Shown: in pieces, positions 63,645 to 64,000 of the stretch | Layout: every line of letters starts with the position of its first letter | How positions within the stretch are numbered: the first letter of the stretch is position 1 | Assembly (NCBI GenBank): GCA_964536925.1 | Contig: CAZHZF010000009.1 | Location: forward strand, 1,724 to 65,723 | Direction of reading: 5' to 3' | DNA from: an uncultured Dehalococcoidales bacterium | GTDB taxonomy: Bacteria > Chloroflexota > UBA6077 > FW602-bin22 | Length of the DNA stretch: 64,000 nucleotides | The notes under the pieces: generated by a model | Told to the model about the DNA's origin: nothing | Seen by the model: only the letters and a program-made list of their open reading frames with translations | Database searches by the model: none | Position numbers and translations under genes: made by a program

Positions 63645-64000
63645 ATGTACGACCTGCACGGCCGAGTTGCCCTGGTCACGGGCGCCGGGCGCGGCATCGG
63701 CCGCGCGATCGCGCTGCGGCTCTCCGCCGAGGGGGCTAACGTCGCGATCGTCGATCTCGACCCTGCCACCGCGGACACCGTCGCGGCGGAGGTCGTGGGG
63801 AGCGGCGGTCGCGCCATCGCGATTGGGGCGGACGTCACGCGGGCCGACGCGATCGAGCGCATGCGCGATGAGACCATCGCCGCGCTCGGCCCCATCGACA
63901 TCCTGGTGAACAATGCCGGCATCAACATCGTGAAGCCGTTCCTCGACCTCTCCGAGGATGAGTGGGACCGCCTGTTCGCGATCAACATCCGGAGCTACTG
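63645..64000 (+). CDS. Classical SDR oxidoreductase (3' end cut by window edge)
   Basis: ATG 63645 lies 2 nt after the cinA stop. 'VALVTGAGRGIGRAIA', 'NNAG'. Confidence 0.85.
   Translation, partial: MYDLHGRVALVTGAGRGIGRAIALRLSAEGANVAIVDLDPATADTVAAEVVGSGGRAIAIGADVTRADAIERMRDETIAALGPIDILVNNAGINIVKPFLDLSEDEWDRLFAINIRSY

Noticed and set aside
1-64000. A search by eye for CRISPR arrays, tRNA/rRNA genes, transposases, integrases, toxin-antitoxin pairs or known defence-system signatures
   Set aside because: None found. All intergenic gaps are 360 bp or shorter and lack repeat arrays or cloverleaf-like sequence. No ORF shows DDE, tyrosine-recombinase or serine-recombinase motifs. A computational scan (tRNAscan, Infernal, DefenseFinder) is still advisable.

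Overview
This is a high-GC, gene-dense bacterial chromosomal segment of about 65 protein-coding genes. I found no rRNA, tRNA, CRISPR array, transposase or integrase. The gene content suggests a monoderm-type, Chloroflexota/Thermomicrobia-like organism, but this is a guess and no database search was possible. The supporting genes are split gcvPA/gcvPB, DnaD plus a DnaI-like loader, RqcH plus MutS2, a sortase, and PBPs with a PASTA domain.

Recognisable genes, in order:
- Replication and nearby: dnaB (5' end cut by the window edge), a DnaD-domain protein, a DnaC/DnaI-like loader, birA, a 7Fe ferredoxin.
- An MFS / serine-palmitoyltransferase-like oxoamine synthase / GT28 / extended-SDR operon.
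- PBP1A, hisF/hisA, a cNMP-binding-DUF2225 fusion, lepA, secDF, sucCD, def, priA, gmk, rqcH.
- A LysM-NlpC/P60 hydrolase, argH, and a J-domain protein.
- A coiled-coil / membrane protein / pbp2 / rodA cluster, then gcvPA/PB and trmD.
- A sortase, mutS2, an orphan MsiK-like ABC ATPase, a DPPR-synthase-type UbiA, and a PilM-like protein.
- Several Gfo/Idh/MocA and TIM-barrel sugar enzymes, and cinA.

All family calls rest on motif recognition in the supplied translations. Many track ORFs are too long at the 5' end or are antisense shadows, which is typical of high-GC DNA, so I re-set starts where a conserved N-terminus or a coupled stop/start made that clear.

Most interesting observations:
1. 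A candidate glyco-(long-chain-base) lipid operon.
2. A structured birA leader with a uORF whose translation should unmask the birA start.
3. An elongasome-type operon in which a 428-aa coiled-coil protein and a bitopic membrane protein precede pbp2-rodA.
4. Two envelope genes whose conserved N-termini lie upstream of any ATG/GTG/TTG, implying CTG or ATC initiation.
5. A small protein with a proline/arginine-rich tail.
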